DNA of 58,811 nt, filler included, from Sphacelaria rigidula (GCA_964200075.2; 7 parts of 7 records of this genome joined end to end with filler, not necessarily neighbours in it); one strand, 5' to 3'. Positions 23,830 to 37,815 are shown, counted from the first letter of the whole stretch. Translations and numbers: made by a program. Notes: a model not told the origin generated them from the sequence alone.

Positions 23830-24560
23830 CAATCAGAGGCCTTCACATTGTTTGAAAATTGAAAATACGATTTCCCAACCCAATTTCTACGCAATATTCG
23901 CATGCTTTCAATTATAGTAACCGAGATCACCTCGGGAATCTGACGGGAATCAACAGATTTTAAAACGTTTACGATGGGACCGATTTATACCTCAAAATGT
24001 GGGTTTCGGTGATGTGTGGTTTTGGTGTCGTCGGATTTCCACTCATGATATGCACCAACGATCCAGACTCCTTTTGACGGTTTCCTTATGTCTGTCGTAG
24101 AATAACTTTGACCGCCCTCATCGGTAGACCGGTAGGTATTGTCAACCTCGATAAAAATATGCGTTGTTGAAAAATCAATAAAAAATTTCCCCGCCCTCTA
24201 CCGGCTTCCGGGGGTCCCAGCGTGAAGACTCCGGAGGCTGATGCGGAATGCCTCGAAATAAATACAATACAACAATGCGTCCGGGGGTAGTCCAAGGAGG
24301 ATTTATACAAGGTTTCGTTGGGTAACGCGAAAACCGTATAAAGTGTTTTCTCGTTTTAAACTCGAACATAACCGAGAATGGCGTATCTGTACTAAAATCA
24401 AGTAGTTAGGAGTTTGCACTGGGCATGGAAAACTTCGTCGCACAAAGGCGCAAAACGTTACGCTGTTTTTTGGAGTCTGATCTCGAAAAATTGTACACAT
24501 GTAGCAGGGACCATCACAAACCTTTTCATGAATGAATTAAAAAAAAGAAAAAAAATCACA
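23830..24560. repeat. Interspersed repeat shared with 49245-49960
   Basis: Colinear diverged similarity (ttgaaaatac...cccaattt...gtgatgtg...tttccactcatgata...ggcttccgggggtcccag...caagtagttaggagtttg). Confidence 0.8.
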
Positions 24561-25250
24561 CCCGAGAACTCTGGATGCTCTTGACTCCTTGACCGCCAAC
24601 GTGAGTAATCTGTTGAACCGGCACTATACTGACGTGAAAGTGACTGCAAGATGGAGATGACCCACCCGAGCGGTCCAAAAATCAACCCTATCGGGGCACA
24701 CGGCCCTCTGTTCTGTTAATCCAATTTCTGATAGTCCCGCCTGGTTTTAAACGATGACCATAGCGGAGACGTAGATTATCGCTAGTAGGCCGGGTGGGCG
24801 CTAAAGCGAATTTTTGGCGAGTTTTAGTGTTACGAATGATTGAGCAGGCAGGACTACGAGCCACGTCTTTGTGTTGATGATCAAAATGCAATAGCCCACC
24901 GAGCTCGCCCTTCCCCATCACTCAACGTCACGAGCTCCCGCTAGGTCGGCAGGGGTCGGTGAGGAGCACAAGCTCACCCCTGTGGTTCCTTGCGCGTTGA
25001 TCGTATGTGTCAACTTGTCGTGCACACCCTGCTCGCTTTGTTGTGTGGGATGGGGGGGGGGGGTAGTCATTTGTTGCTTGCCTTGGTCATTTGACCACTG
25101 ACCAGGCATCCCTTCCGAGACGGAGCACTGTTCCTACTCCTAATGGAGACNNNNNNNNNNNNNNNNNNNNNNNNNNNNNNNNNNNNNNNNNNNNTTAATT
25201 AATTAANNNNNNNNNNNNNNNNNNNNNNNNNNNNNNNNNNNNNNNNNNNN

Positions 25251-28200
25251 CCCGAACGTTGACAGGAAATGATGAAGCTCACCCTCTTTTTTTCCAACAA
25301 ACAAAATACGGCCGGACGTTGACATGAAATGTAGAAGCTTGGCCTTTTTTGTTTCTCCTACGAATCACGACCCGGACATGAACATGAAATGAAGAAGCTC
25401 ACCCTCTTTTATTTTGCACTTACGACAACACGGCCCGGACATGGACGTGAAATGAACGAGCTCACCCGCTTCTTTTCAAACTCACAATAAAACGGCGCGG
25501 ACATGAACATGGAACGAGGAAGCTCACCCTCTCTATTTTTTCTCGTGCGATTACACGGCCTGGGCATAGACATAAAATAATGACGCCCACTCTCCTTTTC
25601 CTGAATTCACAAAAACACGGCCCGGACATAAACGTGAAATGAAGAATCTCACCCTCTTTTGTTCCGAACTTACCAAAACACGGGCTGGACATGGACACGA
25701 GATGACGAAGCTCACCCTCTTTTTTCCAGGACTCATAAAAACACGGCCCGAACGTTGACAGGAAATAATGAAGCTCACCCTCTTTTTCCCCAAAAAACAA
25801 AAATACGGCCCGGACGTTGACATGACATGAAGAAGCTTGGCCTTTTTTTTATTTCACCTACGATAACACGGCCCGGCCCGTACATGACCATGAGATGAAG
25901 AAGTTCAACCTCTTCTTTCTTCACCTACGATACCATGGCCCATGCATAGACACGAATGAAGAAGCTCACCCTCTTTTTTTTCAGGACTCACAAAAACACC
26001 GCCGGAACGTTGACACGAAACAATGAAGCTCACCCTCTTCTTTTTTACAAAGAATAAAAATACGGCCCCGACGTTGACATGACATGAAGAAGCTTAGCCT
26101 TTTTTTATTTCACCCACGATATCACGGCCCGGACATAGAGACGAGGTGAAGGAGTTCACCCTCTTTTTTCTTCAACCACGATATCACGGCCCGGACATGG
26201 ACACGAGATGAAGAAGCTCACCCTCTTTTTTTCCGGACTCACAAAAACACGGCCCGAACGTTGACAGGAAATGATGAAGCTCACCCTCTTTTTTTCCAAC
26301 AAACAAAATACGGCCGGACGTTGACATGAAATGTAGAAGCTTGGCCTTTTTTGTTTCTCCTACGAATCACGACCCGGACGTAGACATGAGATGAAGAAGT
26401 TCACCCTTTTTCTTTTTCCACCTACGACAACACGGCCCGGACATGGACATGGAACGGAAAAGCTCACCCCCTCTTTTCTTTCTCCTGCGATCACACGGCC
26501 CGGGCATGGACATGAAAGAAAGACGCCCACCCTTTTTTTTGAATTCAAAAGAATACGGCCTGGACATAGACATCAAATGAAGCTCAGCCTTTTGTGTTTT
26601 TCACCTACAATATCATGACCCGGACATGAACATGAGATGAAGATGTTCACCCTCTTTTTTCTTTCACCTACGACAACACGGCCTGGACATGGACATGGAA
26701 CGAGGAAGCCCCCCCTCTCTTTTCTTTCTCCTGCGATAGCACGGCCCGGACACTGACATGAGAGAAGAACGCCCACCTCTTTTTTTTTGAATTCACAGGA
26801 ATACGGCCCGAACATGGACATGAAAAGAAGTATCTCCCCTTCTCTTTCTCCGGACCTACCAAAACACGGGCTGGACATGGACACGAGTTGAAGAAGCTCA
26901 TCTTTTTTTTTCCGGACTCATGAGAACACGCTTCGAACGTTGACAGGAAATGAACGAGCTCACCTTCTCTTTTTCCAACAAACAAAATACAGACATGAAA
27001 TGAAGCTCACCCTCTCTTTTCTTTCTCCTGCGATAACACGGCCCGGGCATGGACATGAACGAAAGACGCCCACCCTCTTTTTTTATATTCACAAAAATAC
27101 GGCCCGGACGTGGACATGAAATGAAGCTCAGCCTTTTGTGTTTCTCACCTACGATATCACGGCCCGGACATGAAGATAAGATGAAAAAGTTCACCCTCTT
27201 TTTTCTTTCACCTACGACAACACGGCCCGGACATGGACATGGAACGAAGGAGCTCACCCTCTCTTTTCTTTTTCCGGCGATAACGCGGCCCGGACATGGA
27301 CATGGACATGAGAGAGATACGCCCACCTTTTTTTTGTTGAACTCACGAAAGTAGGCCCGAACATAGGAACGGGATGAAGAATCTCCCCCTTTTTTTTCCG
27401 GACTCACCAAAACACGGGCTGGACATAGACACGAGTTGATGAAGCTCACCTTTATTTTTTTCCGGACTCATAAAAAACGAGTTCCGAACGTTGACAGGAA
27501 ATGAAGAAGCTCACCCTCTTTTTTTCCAACAAACAAAATACGGGTCGGGACGTCTACATGAAATGGAGGAGCTCAGCCTTGTTTTTCTTTCACCCACGAT
27601 ATCACGGCCTGGACATGAACGCGAAATGAAGAATCTTATCCGCTCGTTTCCGAGCTCACAATAACACGGGTTGAACATAGACATGGAACGAAGAAGCTCA
27701 CCCTCTCTTTTCTCTCTCCTGCGATAACACGGCCCGGGCATGGACATGAAAAAAAGACGCCCACCCTCTTTTTTTTGGATTCACGAAAATACGGCCCGGA
27801 CATTAACATGAAATAAAGCTCAGCCTTTTGTGTTTTTCACCTACGATATCAGGGCCCGGACATGGAGATGAGGTGAAGAAGTTCACCCCCTTTTTTCTTT
27901 CACCTACGACAACACGGCCCGGGCATGAACATGGAATGAAGAAGCTCACCCGCTTGTTCGCGAGCTCACAATAACACGGCCCGAATAGAACATGGAAGGA
28001 AGAAGCTCATCCCCTCTTTTTTTTCTGCTGCGATAACACGGCCTTGGCATGGACATGAAATGAAGAAGCTCACCCACTTGTTTCCGAGCTCACAAAAACA
28101 CGGCCCAAACACAGCGATGGAACGAAAAAGCTCACCCCCTCTTTTTTCTAAAATTCACAAAATACGGCCCGGACATGGACATGAAATGAAGGAGCCCACC

Positions 28201-31200
28201 CGCTTGTTTCCGAGCTCACAATAACACGACCCGAACAGAGACATGGAACGAAGAAGGTCGCCCTCCCTTTTCTTTCCCCTACGATAACACGGCCCGGGCA
28301 TCAACATGAAAGAAAGATGCCCACCCTTTTCTTTTTTCAATTCACAAAAATACGGCCCGGACATGGACATGAAATGAAGAAGCTCACCCGCTTGTTTCCG
28401 AGCTCACAATAACACGGCCCGAACACAGGGATGGAACGAAGGAGCTCACCCTCTTCTTTCTTTCTCCTGCGATAACACGGCCTGGGCATGAGCATGAAGG
28501 AAAGACGCGCACTTTTTTTTTTTGAATTCACAAAAATACGGCCCGGAGATGGACATGAAGTGAAGAAGCTTACCCGCTTGTTTCCGAGTTACCATAACAC
28601 GGCCCGAACAGAGACATGGAACGAAGCTCTTCCTCCCTTTTCCTCCTCCTGCGATAACACGGCCCGGACATGGACATAAAATGAAGAATCTCACCCTCTT
28701 TTTTCCCGGACCTACTGAAGCATGGCCTGAACATGAACACGAGTTGATGGAGCTAACTTTTTTTTTTCCGGACTCACCAAAACACGGCCTTAATGTTGGC
28801 AGGAAATGATGAAGGTCACCCTTTTTTTTGTCAACAAACCACAATACGGCCCGAACATGGACATGAAATGAAAAAGCTCAGCCTTTTTGTTTCTTCCACC
28901 TACGATATCACGGCCCGGACACGGACATGAAATGAAGAAGCTCATCCGCTTGTTTCCGAGCTCACAGTAACACGGCCCGAACACAGGGATGGAACGAAGA
29001 AGCTCATCTTTTTTTTTCTTTCTCCTGCGATAACACGGCCCGGACATAGACATGAAATGGAGAATCTCACCCTCTTTTTTCCCGGACTTACCGGAGAACG
29101 GCCTGGACATGAACACGAGTTCAAGGAGCTCACTTTCGTTTTTCCGGACTCACAAAAACACGGCCTGAACGTTGACAGGAAATGTTTAAGGCCACCCTTT
29201 TTTTTGTCAACAAACAAAAATGCGGTCCGGACGTTGACATGAAATGAAAAAGCTCAGCCTTTTTTTTTCTTCCACCTTCGATATCACGGCTCGGTTATGG
29301 ACATGAAACGAAGAAGCTCACCCTCTTTTTCCATTCTGCTGTGATAGCACGGCCCGGACATGGACATGAAATGAAGAAGCTGACACGCTTGTTCCCGAAC
29401 TCACCATAACACGGCCCGAATAGAACATGGAAAGAAAAAGCTCACCCCCTCTTTTCTTTCTGCTGCGATAACACGGCCCGGGCATGGACATGTAATGAAG
29501 CTCACCCTCTTTTTTCCCGGACTTATCGAAGCACGGCCTGGACATGAACAGGAGTTGAAGAAGCTCACCTTTTTTTCTCCGGACTCACAAAAACACGGCC
29601 TGAACGTTGACAGGAGATGATGAAGGTCACCTTTTTTTTTGTCGAACAAACAAAAATGCCGCCCGGACGTTGACATGAAATGAAAAAGCTTAGCCTTTTT
29701 TTCCTTCCACCTACGGTATCACGGCCCGGACATGGACATAAAACGAAGAAGCTCACCCCCTCTTTCTGTTCTGCTGCGATAACACGGCCCGGACATGGAC
29801 ATGAAATGAAGAAGCTCACACGCTTGTTCCCGATCTCACAATTACACGGCCCAAACACAGCGATGGAACGAAAAAGCTCACCCCCTCTTTTCTTTCTGCT
29901 ACAATATCACAGCCCGGACATGGACATGAAATGAAGAAGCTCACTTGCTTGTTTACGAGCTCACAATAACACGGCCCGAACACAGGGATGGAACGAAGAC
30001 GCCCACCCTCTTTTTTCTTCCTCCTGCGATAGCACGGCCCCGACACAGACATAAAATGTAGAATCTCACCCTCTTTTTCCCCGGCCTTACCGGAGAACGG
30101 CCTGGACATGAACACGAGTTCAAGGAGCTCACTTTCGTTTTTCCGGACTCACGAAAACACGGCCTGAACGTTGACAGGAAATGTTGAAGGCCACCCTTTT
30201 TTCGGTCTACAAACAAAAATGCGGCCCGGACGTTGACATGAAATGAAAAAGCTTAGCCTTCTTTTTTCTTCCACCTTCGATATCACAGCCTGGACATGGA
30301 CATGAAACAAAGAAGCTCACCCTCTCTTTTCTTTCTGCTGCGACAACACGGCCCGGACATGGACATGAAATGAAGAAGCTGACACGCTTGTTCCCGAGCT
30401 CACAATATCACGGCCCGAATAAAACATGGAACGGAAAAGCTCACCCCCTCTTTCTTTTTGCTACGATAACACGGCCCGGGCATGAACATGAAATGGAAAA
30501 GCTCGTCCGCTTGTTCCCGAGCTCACAAAAACACGGCCCGAACAGAGACATGGAACGAAGACGCCCACCCCTTTTTTTTTTGAATTCACAAAAATACGGC
30601 CCGGACATAGACATGAAATGTAAAATCTCACCCTCTTTTTTCCCGTACTTGCCGAAGCACGGCCTGGACATGAACACGAGTTGAAGAAGCCAACCTTTTT
30701 TTCTCCGGACTCACAAAAACACGGCCTGAACGTTGACAGGAAATGATGAAGGTCACCCTTTTTTCCGTTAAACAACCAAAAATACGGCCCGGACGTTGAC
30801 ATGAAATGAAAAAGCTTAGCCTTCTTTTTTCTTCCACCTACGATATCACGGCTCGGACATGGACATGAAACGAAGAAGCTCATCCTCTCGTTTCTTCCTC
30901 CTGCGTTATCACGGCTCGGGCATGGACATGAGAGAAAGACGCACACCCTCTTTTTTTTTTAATTCAGAAAAATACGGCCCAGACATGGACATAAAATGAA
31001 GCTCAGCCTTCGATGTTTTTCACCTACGATATCGCGGCCCGGACATATAGATGAGGTGAAGAAGCCCACCCCCTCTTTTCTTTCTGCTGCGATAACACGG
31101 CCCGGACATGGACATGAAATGGAGAAGCTCACACGCCTGTTCCCGAGCTTACAATAACACGGCCCGAATGGAACATGGAACGAAAAAGCTCACCCGCTCT

Positions 31201-33566
31201 TTTCTTTCTGCTGCGATAACACGGCCCGGACATGGACATGAAATGAAGAAGCTCACACGCTTGTTCCCGAGCTTACAATAACACGGCCCGAATGGAACAT
31301 GGAACGAGAAAGCTCACCCGCTCTTTTCTTTTTGTTACGATAACACGGCCCGGACATGGACATGAAATGAAGAAGCTCACACGCTATTTTTCGTGCTCAC
31401 AATAACACGGCCCGAATAGAACATGGAACGAAAAAGCTCACCCGCTCTCTTCTTTCTGCTGCGATAACACGGCCCGGGCATGGACATGAAATGGAGAAGC
31501 TCACACGCTATTTTTTGAGCTCACAATAACACGGCTCGAACACAGGGATGGAACGAAGACGCGCACCCGCTCTTTTCTTTCTGCTACGATAACACGGCCC
31601 GGACATGGACATGAAATGGAGAAGCTCACCCGCTCTTTTCGTTCTGCTGCGATAACACGGCCCGGACATGGACATGAAATGAAGAAGCTGACACGCTTGT
31701 TCCCGAACTCACAATAACACGGCCCGAATAGAACATGGAACGGAAAAGCTCACCCCCCCTTTTTTTTCTGCTGCGATAACACGGCCAGGACATGGACATG
31801 AAATGAAGAAGCTCACACGCTTGTTCCCGAACTCACAATAACACGGCCCGAATAGAACATGGAACGGAAAAGCTCACCCCCCCTTTTTTTTCTGCTGCGA
31901 TAACACGGCCCGGACATGGACATGAAATGAAGAAGCTGACACGCTTGTTCCCGAACTCACAATAACACGGCCCGGATAGAATATGGAACGGAAAAGCTCA
32001 CCCGCTCTTTTCTTTCTGCTACGATATCACGGCCCGGACATGGACATGAAATGGAAAAGCTCGTCCGCTTGTTCCCGAGCTCACAAAAATACGGCTCGAA
32101 CAGAGACATGGAACGAAGACGCCCACCCTTTTTTTTTTGAATTCACAAAAATACGGCCCGGACATAGACATGAAATGTAGAATCTCACCCTCTTTTTTGC
32201 CGGACTCACCGAAGCACGGCCTGGACATGAACACGAGTTGAAGAAGCTAACCTTTTTTTTTCGGACCCACAAAAACACGGCCTGAACGTTGACACGAAAT
32301 GATGAAGTTCACCCTTTTTTCCGTCGAACAACCAAAAATACGGCCCGGACGTTGACATGAAATGAAAAAGCTTAGCCTTCTTTTTTCTTCCACCCACGAT
32401 ATCACGGCCCGGACATGGACATGAAACGAAGGAGCTCATCCTCTTGTTTCTTCCTCCCGCGATAACACGGCTCGGGCATGGACATGAAGGAAGGAAGCCC
32501 ACTTTGTTTTTTTTTGGATTCAGAAAAATACGGCCCGGACATAGACATGAAATGGAGCTCAGCCTTTTATGTTTTTCACCTACCATATCACGGCCCGGAC
32601 ATATAAATGAGGTGAAGAAGCCCACCCCCTCTTTTCTTTCTGCTGCAATAACACGGCCCGGACATGGACATGAAATGTAGAAGCTCACACGCCTGTTCCC
32701 GAACTCACAATAACACGGCCCGAATAGAACATGGAACGAAAAAGCTCACCCCCTCTTTTCTTTCTGCTATGATAACACGGCCCGGACATGGACATGAAAT
32801 AAAGAAGCTCACACGCTTGTTCCCGAGCTTACAATAACACGGCCCGAATGGAACATGGAACAAAAAGCTCACCCTTTTTTTTTTTGCTACGATAACACGG
32901 CTCGGACATGGACATGGAATGAAGAAGCCCACACGCTATTTTTCGAGCTCACAATAACACAGCCCGAACACGGAGATGGAACGAAAAAGCTCACCCGCTC
33001 TTTTCTTTCTGCTACCATAACACGGCCCGGACATGAACATGAAATGAAGAAGCTCACACGCCTGTTCCCGAGCTTACAATAACACGGCCCGAATAGAACA
33101 TGGAACGAAAAAGCTCACCCGCTCTTCTCTTTCCGCTACGATAACATGGCCCGGACATGGACATGAAATGAAGAAGCCCACACGTCTGTTCCCGAGCTTA
33201 CAATAACACGGTCCGAACACAGGGGTGGAACGAAAAAGCTCACCCGCTCTTTTCTTTCTGCTGCGATAACACGGCCCGGGCATGGACATGAAATGATGAA
33301 GCTCACCCGCTTGTTTCCGAGCTCACAATAACACGGCCCGAACACAGGGATGGAACGAAAACGCTTACCCGCTCTTTTCTTTCTGCTGCGATAGCACGGC
33401 CCGGACATGGACATGGAATAAAGAAGCCCACACGCTTGTTTCCGAGCTTACAATGACACGGCCCGAACAGAACATGGAACGAAAAAGCTCATCCGCTCTT
33501 TTCTCTCTGCTACGATAACACGGCCCGGACATGGACATGAAATGAAGAAGCTCACACGCCTGTTCC
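25251..33566. repeat. ~60-bp satellite array with several monomer classes and higher-order organisation
   Basis: The whole scaffold is tandem units of the form gaagctcacc-(pyrimidine run)-variable-acacggcccggac-atggacatgaaatgaa. Confidence 0.95.
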
Positions 33567-34383
33567 NNNNNNNNNNNNNNNNNNNNNNNNNNNNNNNNNN
33601 NNNNNNNNNNTTAATTAATTAANNNNNNNNNNNNNNNNNNNNNNNNNNNNNNNNNNNNNNNNNNNNAAAGGACCATCTGCGAAAGAAGGGAAAAACCCCA
33701 AAAAAAAAGGAGAGGAACGAAAAAACAAAAAAAAAAAAAAAAAAACGAGAGAAAAACTCCCAGCGTGTGCTCTATAGGGCAAATACCCGTGAATATTACA
33801 GTCCTGAATCTTGTGTTGCGATGGTCCGATCTCCAAACTCTACCTAAATATTGGGAGGAAAAGAAGGTACAATCACATTGCTCTACCCGATATCTGGGTT
33901 TTGTGGACTACGGTCTCCAAACTCGACTCAAATGTCGGGTCCTTCATTGTACGGTTTAAAAAAAAAATCTGAGAGTAGGAAATACCCTACCCAACCCCCA
34001 CCCTTGGGTAAAAAAAAAAAAAACTCACCAGGCCCATGGCGGCCGAAGGACTGCGATAGGAGACCGACGATGATTTAACCCCCGAGACCGTTGTTGTCTG
34101 CACACTCTCCGCGCTACTTCCCCCATGAAGACTTAATCGTGAATTCGCGTTGCTCACCCTTAACGTGGACGCGTCGGGCAGTCCTGTGCCAGAAACACGC
34201 GTGTACCAACAATATATTCAACGGCCACGAGAGAGAGAGAGGAAGGGAGGAGGGCGAGGGGGGGGGGGGGGGGGGGGGGCGTCTTGTTGGCGCTCGCGTT
34301 GGGGGTTGCCTTTGTCTAACTCCCCTTTTTTTCTTGGAGGGGGGGGTTCTCCCCNNNNNNNNNNGGTATGCGGGACGGGAGAA

Positions 34384-34434
<51 letters not shown>

Positions 34435-35651
34435 GGGTACTCATTTGTCGCCTGCCTTAGTCGTTTGACCATTGATTACGCATCCCTTTTTCGAGACGGG
34501 GCACGGTCCCTACCTCCAACATTTGGGAGCTCATGACGTTTCTTCCATACATTACACAACAAAAACTTTTACATTTCTTATCCACGTCCTGTTTCGCCGT
34601 CTGCGACCACCATCTATCTCCTAGTATGGCCATTGTTTTTGCGCTAGGGGGGGGGGGGAGGACGGACGTTGTACAACACCTGGCACCAGTACATCCATCC
34701 ATCAATAACCACCGTAACAAACAATATCTGAATACGCCGCAGAGCCCGGGACCTGGAGATGGAGTAAATGGTAGCAGCAACAACATGTGCACCACCGCGC
34801 AGACGGACATACACAAAGGACAAACAAACACGCCGCCGCCGCCGCCGCCGCCGCCGACGCCGCCGACGCCGCTGCTGCTACCCCCAAATGCCTGAGACCT
34901 ACGGCCGAGGATCTTCAAGTAGGGCGGCGCAGGCACTGCGCCAAGTTGATAGTAGATCTTACCGGGTCGGACCTCCACGTTACCCTGAGCAATATTTGTA
35001 AACGACACTTTCTACGATACCTCCCCCCGAATAAACCAGCCCAAAAGTGTCACGAAAAAAATGGGCATACATACAGCGCCTGATATTTGGTTTTCAGGTT
35101 GCATGAAGCAAGCGCCTCGCATGGGCGACATTGGCGAGAACGAACCCAAGCGTGGCAATTCCCAGCTGCTCGTTGTGCTTGGCTTTTTCCATTCCGAGTT
35201 ACGTGAAAATGTCGCCTCCCCAAACCAGGCACTTTTTTCAGGGGGGCTATCGCAAAAAGTGGCAAAACACTCGAGGCGCCTACCCCATATGCCTACCGTG
35301 AGGCCGTCTACCTGAGCCTCCGGGTATTCGGTACACGAACCCACTGTCGGGATAAGTGTCGGGTGAGGTTTCCTTCTTCCTTCAAGGAAAAAAACAAGAA
35401 AAAACATGCCGGAGACCGACCGACCGACCGACCCCACGAGGGTTTTTTCAAGCATGAGGTGAGGTGATCGTTTGCAGCGCATCAGCCGTGTCCCATCACC
35501 ATCAGCCCACCCTGATGCGCACCCGAACATTCAGAGAGGTCTACGGTTACAGGCACCCCACACGCCGACACGCCGACACCCCCCTCACTGGGCTATGACA
35601 CAAACTGGATCATGACACACGTTTACACTGTACAGGTGGTGGTAGTCGTAC

Positions 35652-35732
35652 CGATAGATGTGGCGCCCGTGGAACTTCCGCCTGCGGCGCTGGTACTAGA
35701 TGCCACTGTAGCCACGGTCGTCGTCGTCGTCG
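35652..35732 (-). CDS. Probable downstream exon of the Ser/Pro/Thr-rich gene
   Basis: Acceptor aaacacag, phase 1, matching the 38913 donor. Encodes ATTTTTVATVASSTSAAGGSSTGATSI. Either donor G|GTACGA or read-through to a TAA near 35622. Confidence 0.55.
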
Positions 35733-35780
35733 CTGTGTTTGCAGATGCGAGGGGCGCATTGGGGAGGAGGGGGGGGGGGC

Positions 35781-35845
35781 GTACTCATTTGTTGCTTGCC
35801 TTAGTCATTTGACCATTGACCACGCATCCCTTTCGAGACGGAGCA
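35781..35845 (+). repeat. Short G-tract-associated interspersed repeat (subfamily a)
   Basis: Full ~65-bp copy lying between two G homopolymers. Confidence 0.85.
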
Positions 35846-35904
35846 CTTTTTTTTTGTTAGGGGGGGGGGGGGGAACGACAACGACAGGAGCGGTGACACG
35901 TTGA

Positions 35905-36468
35905 CCCCTTCGGAACCGTTGATGAAAAAATGACGATTTATAATCGACGTTTACTTGGGGAAAATAGTATTACTAGTATAATAAATTCATTAATTAAAGA
36001 ATGTTTGAGGATGGATGGGATGTAATGGATGGTTGGATGGTTGGTTGGTTGAATTTTATTTTTGGACAACGGAAAGACATAACTTTATATATATATATTA
36101 TAATAATTAATTCAGTAATTGGTTGGTTGATTGAATTCTATTTTTAGGGCAAGGGAAAGACAACAACAATTAACTCACGAATTATATATAATAATTAATC
36201 AACTAATTAATTAATTGGTTGGTTGGTGGTTAAATTTAGATGGTTGGTTGATCGAATTTTATTTTCAGGGCAAGGGGAAAGACAATGTGATTGTTTTTCT
36301 GCAACTGTTTATGATGCGGCCTACCACAAGGGTGCACCACTCTGAGTTCAATTCAAGTATGCTGATGTGACAGATTCGTGCACCGAACTCGAAGTAACGC
36401 TTTTTCCGGTGACGAAAGCGCGCATATGGGAGTTTGCAGTGTTTTTCGCTGTATTTGTTCCAAAAGGG
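35905..36468. mobile_element. piggyBac-type MITE with an AT-rich internal expansion
   Basis: Same ends and body as 12796-13024 (TTGA ccc...gttccaaaaggg TTAA), plus ~320 bp of taat/ggtt-rich sequence at ~35965-36290. Confidence 0.75.
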
Positions 36469-36586
36469 TTAAACAAGGTTTTGACTCCCCGGTGATGCAA
36501 ATGGACAAAATTACCTTGGTACGGTAAGGGGCAGGGGGGTGACATGAATGTTGCAAATCATCTGTGTGGGTGGGCGATAATATATA

Positions 36587-37183
36587 CTTCCTCTGTCCCA
36601 TAAGTCTGTGCAGTTATGTTTGTATGAGCCCTTAACGATTTCCGATTTGATTTTTGATTTCTTGGTTGCATTCGTTAGCGTTTTTACAGCTAAAAACAAC
36701 GCTCCTTCTGCAACGTGGGTGCTTGACCCGTGCGGCCTCGCGACCGCAAAAATGTGGGTCGGTCAAAATATGACCATTAATCGCTTTTATCCCAGTAAAG
36801 CATAGCAGACCCGGAAATCGCGAAAAGTCGTGAAAAATATGTGAAAACTGCGAAACCACCGCTGATTTGGATATCTCCGTGACATTAACCTACGCACGCC
36901 CCATCTAACAAATTTTCAGCATGTAATCGCTATTGCTCGACGTACAAACGTCCAAAATCGGTCAACATTGGGGGTATAAGTGGACAAAAAAGGGCCAAAA
37001 TGGGATATATTTTGACATAATTTTAATATTGAAAACGAGTTTAGTTTTCATCTCTTTTTTTTTTGAGTCAGCTTCGTCTGTGCGTTATCTCTCTATCGAA
37101 CCCAATTGTAGGATGATCGTCACCGTTGAAATACCCGAACGATCAAACGTCCATAACTGCACAGACTTATGGGACAGAGGAAG
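36587..37183. mobile_element. Stowaway-like Tc1/mariner MITE
   Basis: Perfect TIRs cttcctctgtcccataagtctgtgcagttatg / cataactgcacagacttatgggacagaggaag, with TA on both sides. Confidence 0.85.
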
Positions 37184-37329
37184 TATTTTTTTTTTGGGGG
37201 GTGGGGGCGTACTCATTTGTTGCTTGCCTTAGTCGTGTGACCATTGACCACGCATCCCTTTCGAGACGGAGCAATCCCTTTCGAGACGGAGCATGTTTTG
37301 GGGGGGGGGAAGGGAAAAGGAATAAATAG

Positions 37330-37815
37330 TCTCGTGTATTGTGTGTCGTCCCATCTATTCTGGACGCCAGTCTACACCTCTCGGTAAATGTGGGCGCACC
37401 AGCCGGGGTCGCACAGGAGGAAGGCCAACACAGGAGCTTTTCTTTTATTATTTGTTTTTAACCCTTTCAGAACCCCTTGACGATTTTTGTGTTTGTGAAT
37501 CGGCATCATGTTGACTTGAAAATGACTGAAAGTCATACCGATTCACGAGGACAAAACTCGTCAATGGGTTCCCAAAGGGTTAATTCTCCACCTTCCTTCT
37601 GCGGTGCTTGCCTTTTTATTTTTTATCGCGAGAGGGGTTCAGCAGTCCCTTTCCCTCGTCGACCGTTCAGTCGAATTTTGTGTACCCACGACATAGCCGC
37701 TGTCCACTGTTGGGCATGGTGAGAGAAAAAATCCCAGATCGCTCCGACATTTGAACCCACGACTCAACCGTGAGAAGGTGTCGAGATTACCAACTGAGCC
37801 ACACGGGGCGACCGG
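37330..37815 (-). mobile_element. tRNA-derived SINE, family 2
   Basis: Minus-strand head ccggtcgccccgtgtggctcagttggtaa...gtgggttcaaat carries A and B boxes. The extent of the body is approximate. Interrupted by a TTAA MITE. Confidence 0.65.
37462..37579. mobile_element. 118-bp piggyBac-type MITE
   Basis: TTAA ccctttcagaaccc ... gggttcccaaaggg TTAA. Confidence 0.8.

Noticed and set aside
25251..33566. Many Cys/Pro-rich ORFs (SCPCPGRV), or a CRISPR-like array
   Set aside because: Monomer lengths vary by non-multiples of three in the T-runs, so frames break constantly. The variable parts recur as classes rather than as unique spacers.
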